The position numbers and the translations under genes are program-made. From assembly GCF_016433145.1 (NCBI RefSeq), contig NC_058133.1:233411473-233475472 (forward strand): 64,000 bases of DNA, read 5' to 3'. This document shows, in pieces, positions 38,327 to 51,619 of the stretch; position 1 is the stretch's first letter, and every line of letters begins with the position of its first letter. The notes beneath the pieces are model-generated. The model saw only the letters and a program-made list of their open reading frames with translations. It did not search any database and had not been told where the DNA came from. This DNA comes from Gracilinanus agilis (lineage: Eukaryota).

Positions 38327-41135
38327 CTGGACTGGCAGAACCCTAACAGCCAACAGAAAAGCCTCCAAAAGTTTAGACAGGTCCAACTCTGACATTACTT
38401 CCAAGAAACAGCATGAGAATATAATCATCCAATCGTGTCAAAATTAGGTGTGATTTTTATTTTCCTTTTTGATTTTTGTTTTTCATGATACTACATTTCT
38501 AGGGAAAGGGAGAAGGAGGGCACAGAGTTCCCATCCTATCTAGACTCAGGCTAAGTGCTGTATTCTTCAATTCTTATTTCTCAGAATAATAACCACCAGG
38601 AAATTCCCTGGAAATCTCTATCCCACCACTACCCCTATTTTGGAATGTTGCATTTAGCAGAAACCAATGAGGTTCATTGCAAGATTCTGTGTAGCAGGCC
38701 TACCAGGTATCTCTCATCTTGAGTGGCATGTCCCTCATTTCATAAAGTTTCCTTTTCCCCTCTTTTTGTATTGTCAATTCCTACCTTTCCCCAAATTCTA
38801 TTTCCCTATGTCTGTGCCTTTCACAGGTTCTCAGCATCTCATGTCTTAGTGAGTGTCCATAAAATATCCTTTGTACACCCAGCACCCAGACTTCTTGGTT
38901 TTGAAGGCACCTAAAACTTATAACTCAACAGAACACCAGATGGAGCCCCAAGGACCTTGGAAATATGTAGAGGCAACAAAATTTCCAGCTGAACCCAGTT
39001 TTTGGCTTTCTCCCACAGTGGGAATCTGCTGAATTATACTCTGAACATCAAAGACTTAGGAGAGAAGCATAATGAAGGATGTTCAATTGGATCTTCCTCA
39101 CTTTTACTTCAAATTCAGTGGTCATTCTTGCATGTTGCCTCTCATTTTGTATTCAGGTTTCCATATTTAGAAAACATAGTATCATAACCTGGTGTGTCCA
39201 TGTGTATGGGGCCCTTGATCAAACACACAGCTTCTGGTCTATAAACTCAGCTTTTGTATCCTGAGAGTTCCATGGCATACCTTTGAAAAAGATATCTAGC
39301 ATTAGTGTTACAGTTCCTTGGCTTCTCCTAGACTCCTAAAGAGATTGACAGTTGCCATTTTGCTCTCAAGTTTCTGCAAATGCTATTTGGCTAGCAACAT
39401 AGTACTATGGATCCTATAAAGGGAGGAAAGGGATTTTGGAGGTAGGAAGGTTAAATAAAGCTCTTATTTCTGCCTGGGCTCCTCTAGGACATTTTGGCCT
39501 GCTTTAGAAGCATCTTGTCTCAAGATTTAATTCATCAATCCAAATGCCAGGTGACACCATCTGCTTATCTTTTCCATGTCAGAATCACACAAGGAAAATC
39601 AGATGGCCCAAAGGTAGAATACTACTATTTCCTAACTGTTTCCTAAAGATGGTTCTTAGTCCCTAATAATTAGAACTAAGATAGGCAAATATCTTAACTA
39701 ATGGCAAAAGGAAGTTAGTTTTCTCCTTTTTGCCTCTGTTATAAAAGTAACCTACTTCTAGAAGACAGACAAATAGAGATTAAAAACACACAAGCACATG
39801 TACACACATACCCACAAAGATACATTGTAACTAAACTAAAAATCTGACACCCTATGTGTGGTCTTTCTTCTTTCACCTTCATCAAACTGTCATCATTTGA
39901 GCCTGTTCTGCAGAGACTCCAACACAAATAGTGACTTCTGAGAGGCATGGAACCTCTTGCCTAGAACCTAGTCAGCATAGGCCTTGATAATTTACCTTTT
40001 GAAGGCAAATTATTAAGAGAACATCCAGAAATAATCCCTTGCAGACCTGCTTTGGGGATATTTTCATGCTGTGTGTCGGTAGAAGGTTTTTAAAGATATA
40101 TTGGGCCAATGTAAATTATTTCACTCTGGTAAAGCCATTATAACATTCCCTATTTGCTTACTTTGTGATTAAATCATATGCAACATGTGACATTTACTTC
40201 TGTCTCTGATTTCCCTTTTCCTTTTTTCTTTTAATGTTTCTGGTTGTTTTGACCATCATTTATATCATTGCTGTGCTATGTTTCCACCTCCTAATAACCT
40301 CCAACCCCGTTGTTAGGTGTTAGAATTGCACTTTCTTTTAAAAGGTTTCTATAATGGAAGCATTTGACACAGAGTGGAAAGAGTGTCAAGTTAGCCTATG
40401 AAGATAGATTCCTCTGGACCTTTTCTTTAGCTGTTTAATTGCCTTTGCTTCTTTCCTTTCCCCTCTTTTTATACCTTATTCAAATGCCTGCAAAGTCAAC
40501 AGGTCTTTGAGAAAGTTGTCTTGGGGGGACAGGTTATATATAAATATATATATAAATATATATATATTTTTATTCCTTGCTAGTTAGTCTTCTTTCCTTT
40601 CTTAACAGGAAAGAAAAAACTCCAATTGCAGGTGAGATAAGGAGCCCTTCCAGTAGCTTTACAATAAACAATTACCACATATATACATACATTCCTATAT
40701 ATGTGTGAATATATTGTTTATGAAGGATCTTCATTTGGCATTGCTTTAATTTATATGTTACACAATCTAAGCACTGCTCTTTCTACCCTTCCTTCATGCT
40801 CTTTTTTGTGCAAGCAACTCAAAATATTTTTAAAGAAAGTTTACATTATAGTTATTTTCAAATCTTTGCTTATAAGTATTAAGAAATATCTAAATGGCTG
40901 CCATAATTTAAAGCTTCGAGGATTTTTGTTTTGTTTTGTTTGGATCTTTTTGGGGCAATATGTTTTTGCTGGAATATGAAGTCTGAAACCTTCTTGTGCT
41001 GGGAACACATGAAAGTTGTTGAAAAATGACAAGCAGTCTGTGCATGTCTCTGACGCTTTGTATCATTCTTAAGTGAACATTCAGTCATTGGACAATAAAC
41101 AGTATTATCAAATAAAATTTTGTCTCCACTGTATT
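38327..41135 (+). other. TIMP2: TIMP2 long 3'UTR (putative extent)
   Basis: About 2.8 kb with no recognisable SINE or LINE, ending at tandem AATAAA. Length is similar to the human long isoform as recalled. Confidence 0.7.
41094..41116 (+). terminator. Distal polyadenylation signals, two AATAAA
   Basis: AATAAA at 41094-41099 and 41111-41116. Other AATAAA at 39454-39459 and 40663-40668. Confidence 0.7.
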
Positions 41136-43414
41136 CAAGATACCTGCCATACAGCCAGTTGATCTCCAACACAAAATCACAAAGTCTTACTTAGAATAGA
41201 CCTTGGCTATCTCATCCAACCCATATTCCAAAAAGAACACTCTAAAATATAACTGACAAATGGGCATCCAATCTTTGTGCAAAGACTTCAAGTGTAACAT
41301 AACACATTTTCCCAAGGCAACCTATTCCCTTTTGGGATACTGATAAATGTTAGAAAAATTTTCAACAAGAATACATCCACAATAACTCAAAGCCTTCAGT
41401 GTCTCAAAGGAGCCATTCCACTAAGGAACACTTGCATTAAGTTTACTTGATGTTGTACTGGGAACTGGGAATATATATAGTAGAGTTAAAAAGGTTTTAC
41501 TGAACAAAAAATAAGATAGTAACAATCCCAGTGAGCTCTACCAGAAATATGGTAGACTAACCACAGTAATACCTCATTTATCTGGAGTTCTTTTATTTGG
41601 CAAACTTTCATAAATGAAAAGAACTGCCTGAATAGCTAAATCAGATGCCACAAAGACCATGCATTAAGGCATGTGCATTTTAGGCTTGTAAAACCAAATG
41701 ATCTTTCATTCAGGTCCTTACTTAGCACCTATTTACTTTTCACTTTAGATCACTCAAAGGGTATGCTGTGGCATGCTGTAAGTTTTACTGATATGCTCTG
41801 GAACTCCTCACCTTCAGAGACTTCCTAGTCTTCACCCTCATTTATAGTTGGCTGCCTACTTTTTCCAATGTGGTACTGGAGAAGTGACATAAACAACTGT
41901 TATTGCCTCTGGGTACTACGGAAGTAAGGAAAGAAAAGGAAGAAGAGTGGGAAAGGTAAAGGAATCAGAAGACCAATCTACCTGGGAACTTTTCTTTCTT
42001 ACCAACATAAACATTTGGGATGCACTGATTCCCTTTTTGCCATCAGTAAAAAAAAAAGAAAGAAAGAAAGAAAAAGCTTGAGAACCAGTGTAGACAATTC
42101 CAAACAAGGTTTGATTATCTGGTTTCCCAATCCACAGCAGATTAGAAGCAGCAAATTATGAAGGATGTTAGAAGAGAGACACGAAGATAAGAATACAATA
42201 AAGAAAAGGAAAGGTTAAACATTATCTTACCTCACTTAAAAATAATTACATTTGTTACCTATCAGAAATAAATGTGGAAAGGGTCAGGATACCTCCTTGA
42301 ATCAATCAAAGCTATTGCCTGAGAAACTTCATCATACCCTGAGGAACTTATATAAGAAGGAGGAGCTATCTGCAAACCATTAATAGAGATTGATAGGGTT
42401 TGGAAGTGGAGTGGAAGGGGTGGGATCAAAAAAAGTTAAGTGGAAAAGAACCCGCAGCCTAGGAACAACCAGCAAAAGAAGAAAGAAGGTAAGACTGGAC
42501 TGTGGCAGAGATCTTGAGGAGAGTCATCAACTCTACAAATCATCTCAGAGCTGAAGACTTGGTCTGTTTCCACCAGAAGGTCTATCTACTCACAGGTTGA
42601 AAAAAGTTGCCAGAAAAGGTCTACTTTCCCCCCACCATTTTCCCATCTTGTGTCTATCTATCCACAGACACTATAATGTAGTCAGCTATTTTGTTACCCA
42701 GATGTTTCAGTAACCTGAATTTTTGCCTCAACCACAAAGAGGTTAACTAGAGAGAGATATAAATGTAAATTTAATGCCAAAAGCTTAATGTTAGGAACTT
42801 TCTAAACTGGAGCTTCTGAGGCATTGTGATTAACTTACAACTTTTAATCTAAAATAAATTCCTCAAAGCCACAGAGGAGGAAACAACTGTGAACCTTAGG
42901 AGGCCATTATATTGCCCTGTGGTTTAAAACTAGCTAATTATTATAAGCAGCAAAAAGTGTCAGGTAATACTGTAAAACAAGGGATAAAACTATACATAGC
43001 ACACATGAGAATTCAGAAAGCATAGCAGCTCCTCATGCCTCAGGAGATCCTTAGGCTATTACTATATTACAGCAATTACATTTACAGTGAAAGGTAATAG
43101 ATTTAGGGTACAGAATGAAATATTTTTGTATACAGCTATTGGAGGAATCTGTTTTGTTTGATTATGCATATTTGTTATGAGAAATTTTTTTTCTTCAGAG
43201 AAGTGGGGGATAGAGGAAAGACATTTCTTTTAATTAAAAAATAGAGGTGGGAAATACTATATATATGAAATGTTACATAAACTTTCAAGTTAATTGTCAC
43301 CTCAATTTTACTTTTTGTTACTTTGTTACAAGAGACTGGTTAATCTGTATATGTTTGTAATATAAAAACAAAACATCAATAAAACTGAAAAAAGTCATTA
43401 AGAAAAAGTTAAAG

Positions 43415-43609
43415 GGGGGCAGCTGGGTAGCCCAGTGGAGTAAGAGTCAGACCTAGAGATGGGAGGTCCTAGGTTCAAACCTGGCCTCAGCCACTTCCCA
43501 GCTGTGTGACCCTGGGCAAGTCACTTGACCCCCATTGCCCACCCTTACCACTCTTCCACCTATGAGACAATACACCGAAGTACAAGGGTTAAAAAAAAAA
43601 AAAAAGAAA
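43415..43609 (+). mobile_element. SINE1_Mdo-like SINE
   Basis: TSD AAGAAAAAGTTAAAG at 43400-43414 and 43610-43624. Confidence 0.9.
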
Positions 43610-43955
43610 AAGAAAAAGTTAAAGAGCATTCAGTCTATTTTTAAAAAAAAAAGATGGGACTATTTTCTATATTTTAAAAAGGGTTGAAATAAAATTTTGC
43701 AATGACTAAAGGAGTTAGAGTCAGTTAAGTTAAAAATTCAATTATGGGGACAATTGGGTGGCTCAGTGGATAAAGAGTAGGAAGACAGAAGGTCCTGGGT
43801 TCAAATATGACCTCAGACACTGCCTGGCTATGTGATTAGGCCAGTCACAACCCTCATTTCCTAGCTCTTCCCTTTCTTCTGCTTTGGAACTGATATTTAG
43901 TAATGATTCTCAAACAGAAGGGAAGGGGTTTTAAAAAATTCAATTATGTGGAATA

Positions 43956-44796
43956 TGTAATGTAGGGTTTTTGCATTGCAATATTAGCCTAGGCTAAGCT
44001 GTCAGTTACCCTGAATGGAATCTTACTGATGGGGCAGGTGCCAACTGGCAGTTGGGCTGAGACCCTGCAAACCCAACTCTGGGTTCTGTTTTCCCCTAAC
44101 CTTCCCCCTGGGACCCCGGGTGATAAAGGGTGGTAAAAGGGTGGTGGAATCATGGGGAGGAAAATAGGATAGCCTAGATCTTAGGGCCTTCTTCAAGAAC
44201 AACCCAACAATATCAATTTCCTCTACAACTGATTAACTAGTGGATCAAATTAATTACTAACCAGAGATGGTTTAGCTCTGCCAAGACATTCTTAGGACCT
44301 TAGCCAGCACTAGTCAGGTGACCATAGCAACAGCTTAGTAACACCCAAGCCCTCTTACCTTGGCCATTCCTTCCCCAGTTTCAATAAATCCCTTAGCCTT
44401 TAATCAGAGAATCTTGTGATTATTCCTATACCACCAAGGCTAAGGACTTTAGGGAAGAGGAGAGAATACTGAGCAGTTTGAAGGTTCAGGTTAAGGTTGA
44501 ACTTAACCACCATTGCTGGGACAGGAAATTCAGTCAGCCACTTCCTGCTAGTCTGCCATCATCCAATAAGAGGCGGTTACCCCAGCAGGGTGGAGCCACT
44601 CACCAGACATCTAAAGGAGCCTAACAGCTAGCAGTGTAGATTCACTGGGCCCTTAGCTTCCAGGGTTTGAATTTATACCTATACCAAGTTCATTCCAGAT
44701 GAGGTTGCTCAACCTTGATAACATCCAACCCAATCTCCTGCTGGTCTAATTACAGGCTCCAAGGCCCCTAGTAGTGACTTTACCACAGGCATAACA
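43956..44796 (-). mobile_element. Intergenic solo LTR, ERV1-like, 841 bp
   Basis: TGTAA...ATAACA termini. 4-bp TSD AATA at 43952-43955 and 44797-44800. Minus-strand TATAAA at 44672-44677. Confidence 0.75.
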
Positions 44797-45378
44797 AATA
44801 TCATTCCAGATTAATGAGATATCACTTCCCTCCCCCAACCCCCTTTCTCTGCTCATTGTCTTGTTAGATAAATACTAAGAAAGCTAGGTCCTCTAGTATG
44901 TGGTAAGGGTAGGGAGATGTCTGGCCAAGGAAAAAAGTACTAGCATCTCTGGCTCCCTCAACCTGGTGGGCAGAGCCACTCTTTCTCAGCTCCTTCTGGA
45001 CATCTCTAAAAGCCAGACTTTTCCTTTGGTCCCTCCTCCTCACCGTACCCTAGGAGGGGGGAAATATGGGTTCCTTTAACCTGTTGTAGGAGAAGATAAT
45101 AGAAACGTATCTGAAGTCACTGCCCAAGAGAAGTCTTTACTCTCTTCTATTTACCAAATCTTGTCTCACCAAAACAATGGTAGGCTTATTTTGTGTTGAG
45201 GTGTAAGTCCAGATTCATTTGATCTATGCTTTGAGGAAGCTAAAATATTAATTATCAATACTATCACTTTTTTTTGGCTTGAACATCCATTTTAGAAAGA
45301 ATCTCAGTATCAATACCTCCTTCTTAGTGTTCTTAAGTGATCAGTTTCTCTTAGCTACTTTCTAATCCACCCTCAGGG

Positions 45379-45380
<2 letters not shown>

Positions 45381-45424
<44 letters not shown>
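45381..45424. repeat. (AC)n microsatellite, about 22 units
   Basis: Read directly. Confidence 0.98.
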
Positions 45425-45428
<4 letters not shown>

Positions 45429-48329
45429 AACAATATTTTAGAGAAACCTTTTTTTTCTTTTAGAAGACATGAAAAATACAGAAAGAAGAGATTTTTCAAG
45501 AATTGAAGAATGGGTTATAGGTTTAGCATGAATGCCAGGGCAAGGTAAGGGAGTTTCACTATTGCTATTTTTAGCAAACAGAGCTATAGTTCTGAGTATT
45601 TTCTCAGGGGCTTTCTTGTTCTTTTGTAGCTTTCCTCTCTCACCCCTCCACTTCTGGAGGACCTCACTTTCTCTACCTACTCTGGTATTTAATTCAAGGA
45701 ATGAAAAATGTCTTTTAGATCAATCATTAGTCTTCACCTTAACCAATTTAGTACCACACATAAATTGAATTGGATGGTTTGAGAAACTGTTCTTTTTAAA
45801 AAGTTGTTATTGCTCTTCCCACTTTTTCCCCTAAAAGAAACTACAAAATCTCTTTGCTAACCAATTCCAGCATTCTCCAATAGCCATTGTAAAGAAACAA
45901 AAACAAAACCTTCCTGTTAATCTAAAAGAGAATCCTTCATTTTACAATTTAGGTAATTCTTTCATCATGTCAGTACATCATCAATACCATATCATAAAAT
46001 GAATCATGAAATCTGGGCTTTTATCACACAATTTAGGCCACAATGTAAGCCTAATGAGTAACTAGTCTCTTCCTTACGACACTTCGTCTCTGAATATATC
46101 ATCTACATAACTGTCCTTGTCTCATTAAATACATTCTAAGAGCATTCTTTGAGGTAAAGTGGTGTTCTTCAGACCCACCTTTGGAGATAAAAAGCAGCAG
46201 AGTAATAGAAAGACAAGCAGGAGGCTTTGAAGTCAGAAGAGTCATGTGAACTTGAGACAATGACTTCATCTTTCTTGGTCTCAGTCTGTAAAGGACAGTT
46301 CTGTAAAGAGAGTTCTCTTCCAACTCAAAAGGATCCTTTGAAAACAGTTATGAGTGATTTAGAGTGAGTTTTCGTTTCATTCTTAGAGAAACAGTAAAGT
46401 GTAGCAGAAAGCTCCGAAGAGGGTATGCCTAGTATGGCCTCCTGTACTAATTGTTTGGTCTCTGTAAAGTTACTTAATAAAAAACTGATATTTATATGGA
46501 ACTTAAAAGTATTTTATATTATATATGATATATATTTAAAGTATTTTATTTAAAACATATTTAAAGATATGCCTTATTTAAAGTACTTATTTCATTCAAA
46601 ACTTAAAAAGAATTCTATGAGGTGGATACTACAGACATTATTGTGACCATTTTACAAATAATGAAAATGAGACACAGTTTAACTGACATGCCCTGAGTCA
46701 CATAGCTAAGGAGTGTGAGAGGCTGAATTTGAATCTTCATGATTCCAAGTCCGGCTTTCCTCATCTGTAAAAAAATGAAGTGTGCATGTATATTGGGAGA
46801 GTGTAGCATTGTTCTCTAAAACTTCTTCCAGGTCTGACTGATTAATAATATATGAAATAGTGATGATGCAAGAGGCTGTATTTCTAAGTGCACTTGAAAA
46901 ACATTTTTTATCTTAATCAAAACTTAATTGATCATCACTATACTGGAAGAGGCAATGTTGTCGTCCTGTCTTCTTTGAGCACTACTGTTAAGACTACCCA
47001 GAATCCAAATCATTAGAAATTGGAATTGAAATATGCACTGTCATTCCTTCTACCTAAAATATCTGTGAATTCCTCCCTAAACTGCTGTTGTAGTTTTCCT
47101 TACAAGTTCCAGTCACACCATTTGAAACACTGACCTTGCATCAAGGGATGCTAGGTGAACATTAATCTACCTAAAGCATCCTTATAGCCTCTCAGCCTGA
47201 TGCCAATTGACTCTAGAAGCAGCACAGTTTTCTATGGCTGAAATGCTTTATTTGGAATGGACCATGTGACATAGTCAGCAGCCTAGCATCTATGAAATTA
47301 AATCACAGTGGAAGAAGGTCAAGTCAATGATTTTTCTGCCAATTTCCTTCCTGGTTAAGGCTGAGATATTGCTACAGCAAGCATTTTAGCAGGACTCTGA
47401 CACTGATAAGCAGGCTGTGCTGATGGCTGCACCTAAATAATAAAAAATGTAAAAAATGATATATGCGGTTTGCTTTGCTGCATAACAATAATAATCATTA
47501 GTAATCATTAGTTTCTGAGACTATGGTTAAAGGAAATTCCTCATGAGGAACTTTTAATATCAATGAAATCACAAGCTGTTATAAAAAAAAAATCACATTT
47601 GATTATCACTCTTAAGTTTAAAAGGTACTCTTTACCTACATTATCTGATTTATCTCACAACAATACTTTGAGGTATGGGCTAATTAATACTGGCATTATT
47701 ATTGCCATTTATGGATGAAGAAACTGAGACTCAGATAGGTTTAAATAACTTGCCCAAGGTCACAGACCTAATATGGACTAAGCTCAGATGTGTGTTATGC
47801 ATTTTTGGCATACTAAAGACCTGATCTCAAAAGTAAATTATATACCGCTGGGGTCACCAATTTTTTCCCTCATTTGTCTTAAGTTACATGATCCCTATAC
47901 GTGGATGGCTTTGAGACCTGATATTTGATAAGGGGAAGTGGGACATGGTAGCTCTGACATAGTCAAAATTCATAATTAAAAGAGACCCTAAAAACTATCT
48001 GGTCTAACTCATACTAGAACCAAACTGTCCTCTTTATTCACCCATAACTTGAAGACCATTAGGAAAGAAAAATCTATTAGCTACCATGGCAGTCAATTCC
48101 ACTTTTGGATAGTTGTAGTTGTTGCCATTAAACCATAAGTTTTCCTGACATCAAAGCAAAATCTGCCTCTCTGTAACCTACCTGCTGCAGATTGACTATC
48201 ATGATTAAATCATGATTGACTGATTAGACATTGACTGGCTGCATTAGGTAAGATACTAAACAATTAGAATCTAAGGCCCTTAATTTCAAAGAATTCATAA
48301 TCTAGTTGTGGAGCCTGAACATAGATCCA

Positions 48330-49800
48330 CAAAGTCAATCAGTTAATATTAAGGATTTGTGCTAAATGCTGGGGATACAAAAAAGAAAAAGACAGTTCTT
48401 GCTCTTAAAGAGCTCACAGTCTAAGTCAGGAGACAACATGTAAACTACTATATATGTAGGATACAGTAGAGATAATCAACAAAGGAGTGGTGCTCACATT
48501 GAACAGAATTAGGGAAGGCTTTTTGTAGAAGGGAGGATTCTAGCTAAGGTTTGATGGGAGCCAGAGAAGAAGCCAGAGGTAGAGACAAGGAAGGAGAATA
48601 TTTTAGGCATGGTAAAAATGTCCAGAGTTGGAGGAGAGTCTTATTTGAAGAGGAGGTCAGTGTCATTGTATGTCAGAGTATGTCAAAGTATATGGAGAGT
48701 GAGGTAAAAGAAGACTAGAAAGGTAGAAAGGGCCTGGGTTATAAAAAGCTTTTAAAGCCAACAAAGGATTTAGTGTTTGATCTTGGAGACAATAAAGAGA
48801 TAATGAAGTTCATTGAATAGGTCAGCAAATAGTTAGACCTTTGCTTTAGGAAAATCAGCTTGGCAGTATGGACTGTAATGGGGAGAGAATTGTGGTGAGG
48901 AGAACAAACAGAAGACTACTGCAATAATAAGGGCCTGAACTGCAGAGGTGGCAGTCAGGAGAAAGAGGGAAAGGGGATTATATTAGAGATGATAAAAGTA
49001 GAATTGGGAAAGAAGGGAAAGAAAAATCAAAAGAACTTGGCAATAGATTGGTTATGGGTGAAGAGGAAAAAGTCAAAGATAACAGGTTTTGAGCCTAGGT
49101 GACCAGAAATAATGCATTTATTTTGCACTTACTATATATCAGATGTGCCAAATGCTAGGATACATAAAACAACTTTTTTAAATCTTTAGGGGAGGATTTG
49201 TAAGGAAAAATGAGTTCTTTTGGAGGCATGTTGAGTTTCACATGCCTTCAGAACATCCAGGTCAAGATATCTAACCAGCAGTTAGTGATTAAAGACTGAA
49301 TTTCAGGAGAGACTAGGCCTAAATCTGAATCTGGGAATCATCTGCAGAGAAATAATTGAACCCATTAAAGATAATGAAAACTTTAGTGAGATAGTGACAG
49401 AAAGGAGAAAAGGGCACTAGAAAGAATCTTACATGACACACACCTAATTGGCAACATATGGACAAAGAACCAATAAAGGAGACTGAAGTACATTCAAAAA
49501 GGTAGAAAGAGAACCAATAAAGAGCAGTGTCATGAAAACCTAGAAAGGAGAAAGTAACCCTGGGGAAAAGTGCTATCAAATTTTGCAATCAAGTCAAGAA
49601 AGATGAAGACTGAGACAAGGTCACTAGATCTGGCAATTAATATTAATAGGTCTGGACAGGGTATTTTCAACTAGATGTTAAAGTTGGAAGTCATATTACA
49701 TTTAGAATGTTGGAAATTATATTACAATTATATTTCTAGGAGAGGAAATGGAAATGGAACCATCAATTATAGACAACTTTCTCAAGGAGTTTAGCCATGA
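48330..49800 (-). mobile_element. Degraded L2 LINE
   Basis: Begins with the reverse complement of the L2 3' terminus and continues purine-rich. Boundaries approximate. Confidence 0.6.
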
Positions 49801-50789
49801 AGGAGAAGAAACATAGAGGATAATAGAAAATAAAAACAGTAGACAAAGAAGCTCCTTGGAGTCTCAAGAATCCTTTATCAATGTCCTAAAGTGTGAATAA
49901 TTAATCATAAAATTTAACTCCTTTGTTCATGTTCAGTTATGCTCTACTCTTCAGGACCCCATTTTAGGGTTTTCTTGGCAAAGAAACTAGAGTAGTTTGC
50001 CATTTCCTTCTCCAGCTCATTTTTACAGATGAGGAACTGAGACAAACTGGGTTAAATGACTTGTCGCATCATTAAGTGTTTGAGGTCAAATTTTAATTCA
50101 TGAAGATGAATCTTTCTAATTCCAAGCCCAATGACGCCCAGCTGCCTCTGTTAATTTATTTTCCTCATCTTTTATATATGCTTATATATGCTCATGTTAC
50201 TTCCTTCATTAGAATATAAACTCCTTGAGCGTATGGATGTTTCGTCTTTTGTATTTGTATCCCAAGGTCTATCAAAGTGCCTAGCATATAGTAGGTGCTT
50301 AATGTTTATTGATTAATAAATGTCTCTTAATTGATTAAAGTAAATTACTTGGACTCCTGCTTGCTGACTGTCACTTCCCTGTTGTATCTGGCCTTATAAG
50401 TGCTTTCTGATTTCAAGTCCCGTTCCACCCCCCCCCCCCCCACATTGTCTGGATTCAGAACTCTGTAGAATGCTAGATATTCTGGACCACTGTCAGCATG
50501 CTTCAAGTTTGTAAGCCCCTGGGACATTCTAGTCTCAGCAGTACCTGTTCTTGGAGAGATATCTGCAGTCAGAAAGCTAATAGGTTTTGACCATCCTGGA
50601 TTTTCCTCAGCACTCTGATCTCTGCTTTGCTTTATGAAGAATTGTAGACTTCCTTTTGGTGCCCCTATAGCATCTCTGCTCAATAGTGGTGCTCCTTTAG
50701 CTTCTTTATCTGAACTCACACTGTTTTTTTTCTAGAGGCATGTAGTGGGAGAAGTCCCATTTCTTTTTTTTTTAATTTTTTAAATTAAA

Positions 50790-50988
50790 AAAAAAAAAAA
50801 ACCCTTACCTTCCATCTTGGAGCCAATACTGTATACTGGCTCCAAGGCAGAAGAGTGGTGAGGGCTAGGCAATGGGGGGTCAAGTGACTTGCCCAGGGTC
50901 ACACAGCTAGGAAGTGTCTTCTGAGGCCAGATTTGAACTTAGGACCTCCCTCTAGGACTGGTTCTTAATCCACTGAGCCACCCAGCTT
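50790..50988 (-). mobile_element. SINE1_Mdo-related SINE
   Basis: Reverse SINE body. Flanked by GAAGTCCCATTT on both sides (~50751 and ~50991). Confidence 0.8.
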
Positions 50989-51619
50989 CGGAAGTCCCAT
51001 TTCTAATGCCAGTCTCTGGGCTGGCTATCTTTCTGTGTAGCTGTGGGCTGAAGACACTGTAATTTCTCTTTGGATTTCTTAATCCTTATTTGATCATTAG
51101 ATTGTAAATTCCTTGAAGACAGGAACTGTGTTTTCATTCTTTTTGTACCTCCAGCACTTACAGTGCATGCCACCACTTAATAATGTTTATTGAATTAAAT
51201 CTGGAGTTCTTTTTTGAGCCTTACTAGAGAACACATATAAAAGGGAATTGTCTTTTATTTCTTTTTGTATCTTCAGCACTTAGCACAATACTAGGCACAT
51301 TATTGACATACACATAAGTGCTTAAGCATTTTTTTTTTAAAGCTCTATATAATCAGACCCCAATCCTCCTCCCCTACCCTGGGATCCATTTCACTCAAAC
51401 TGGCCATTTCCTTGCTCCTGACACACATGACACTCCATCTCCATGACCCCTAACCTTTGCCCTGCCCTTGCATCTTCTTTATTTAATGTGGAGATCATGA
51501 AATCTTTCCTGATTGCCACAACTCCCACTTCACTTCTTTGTATATATTTGTATTTAATAACTTTATATTTGCGGACTTGAGTAAGTATATAGTGTCCCAA
51601 AAGTGTGAGGGCTGCTTCA

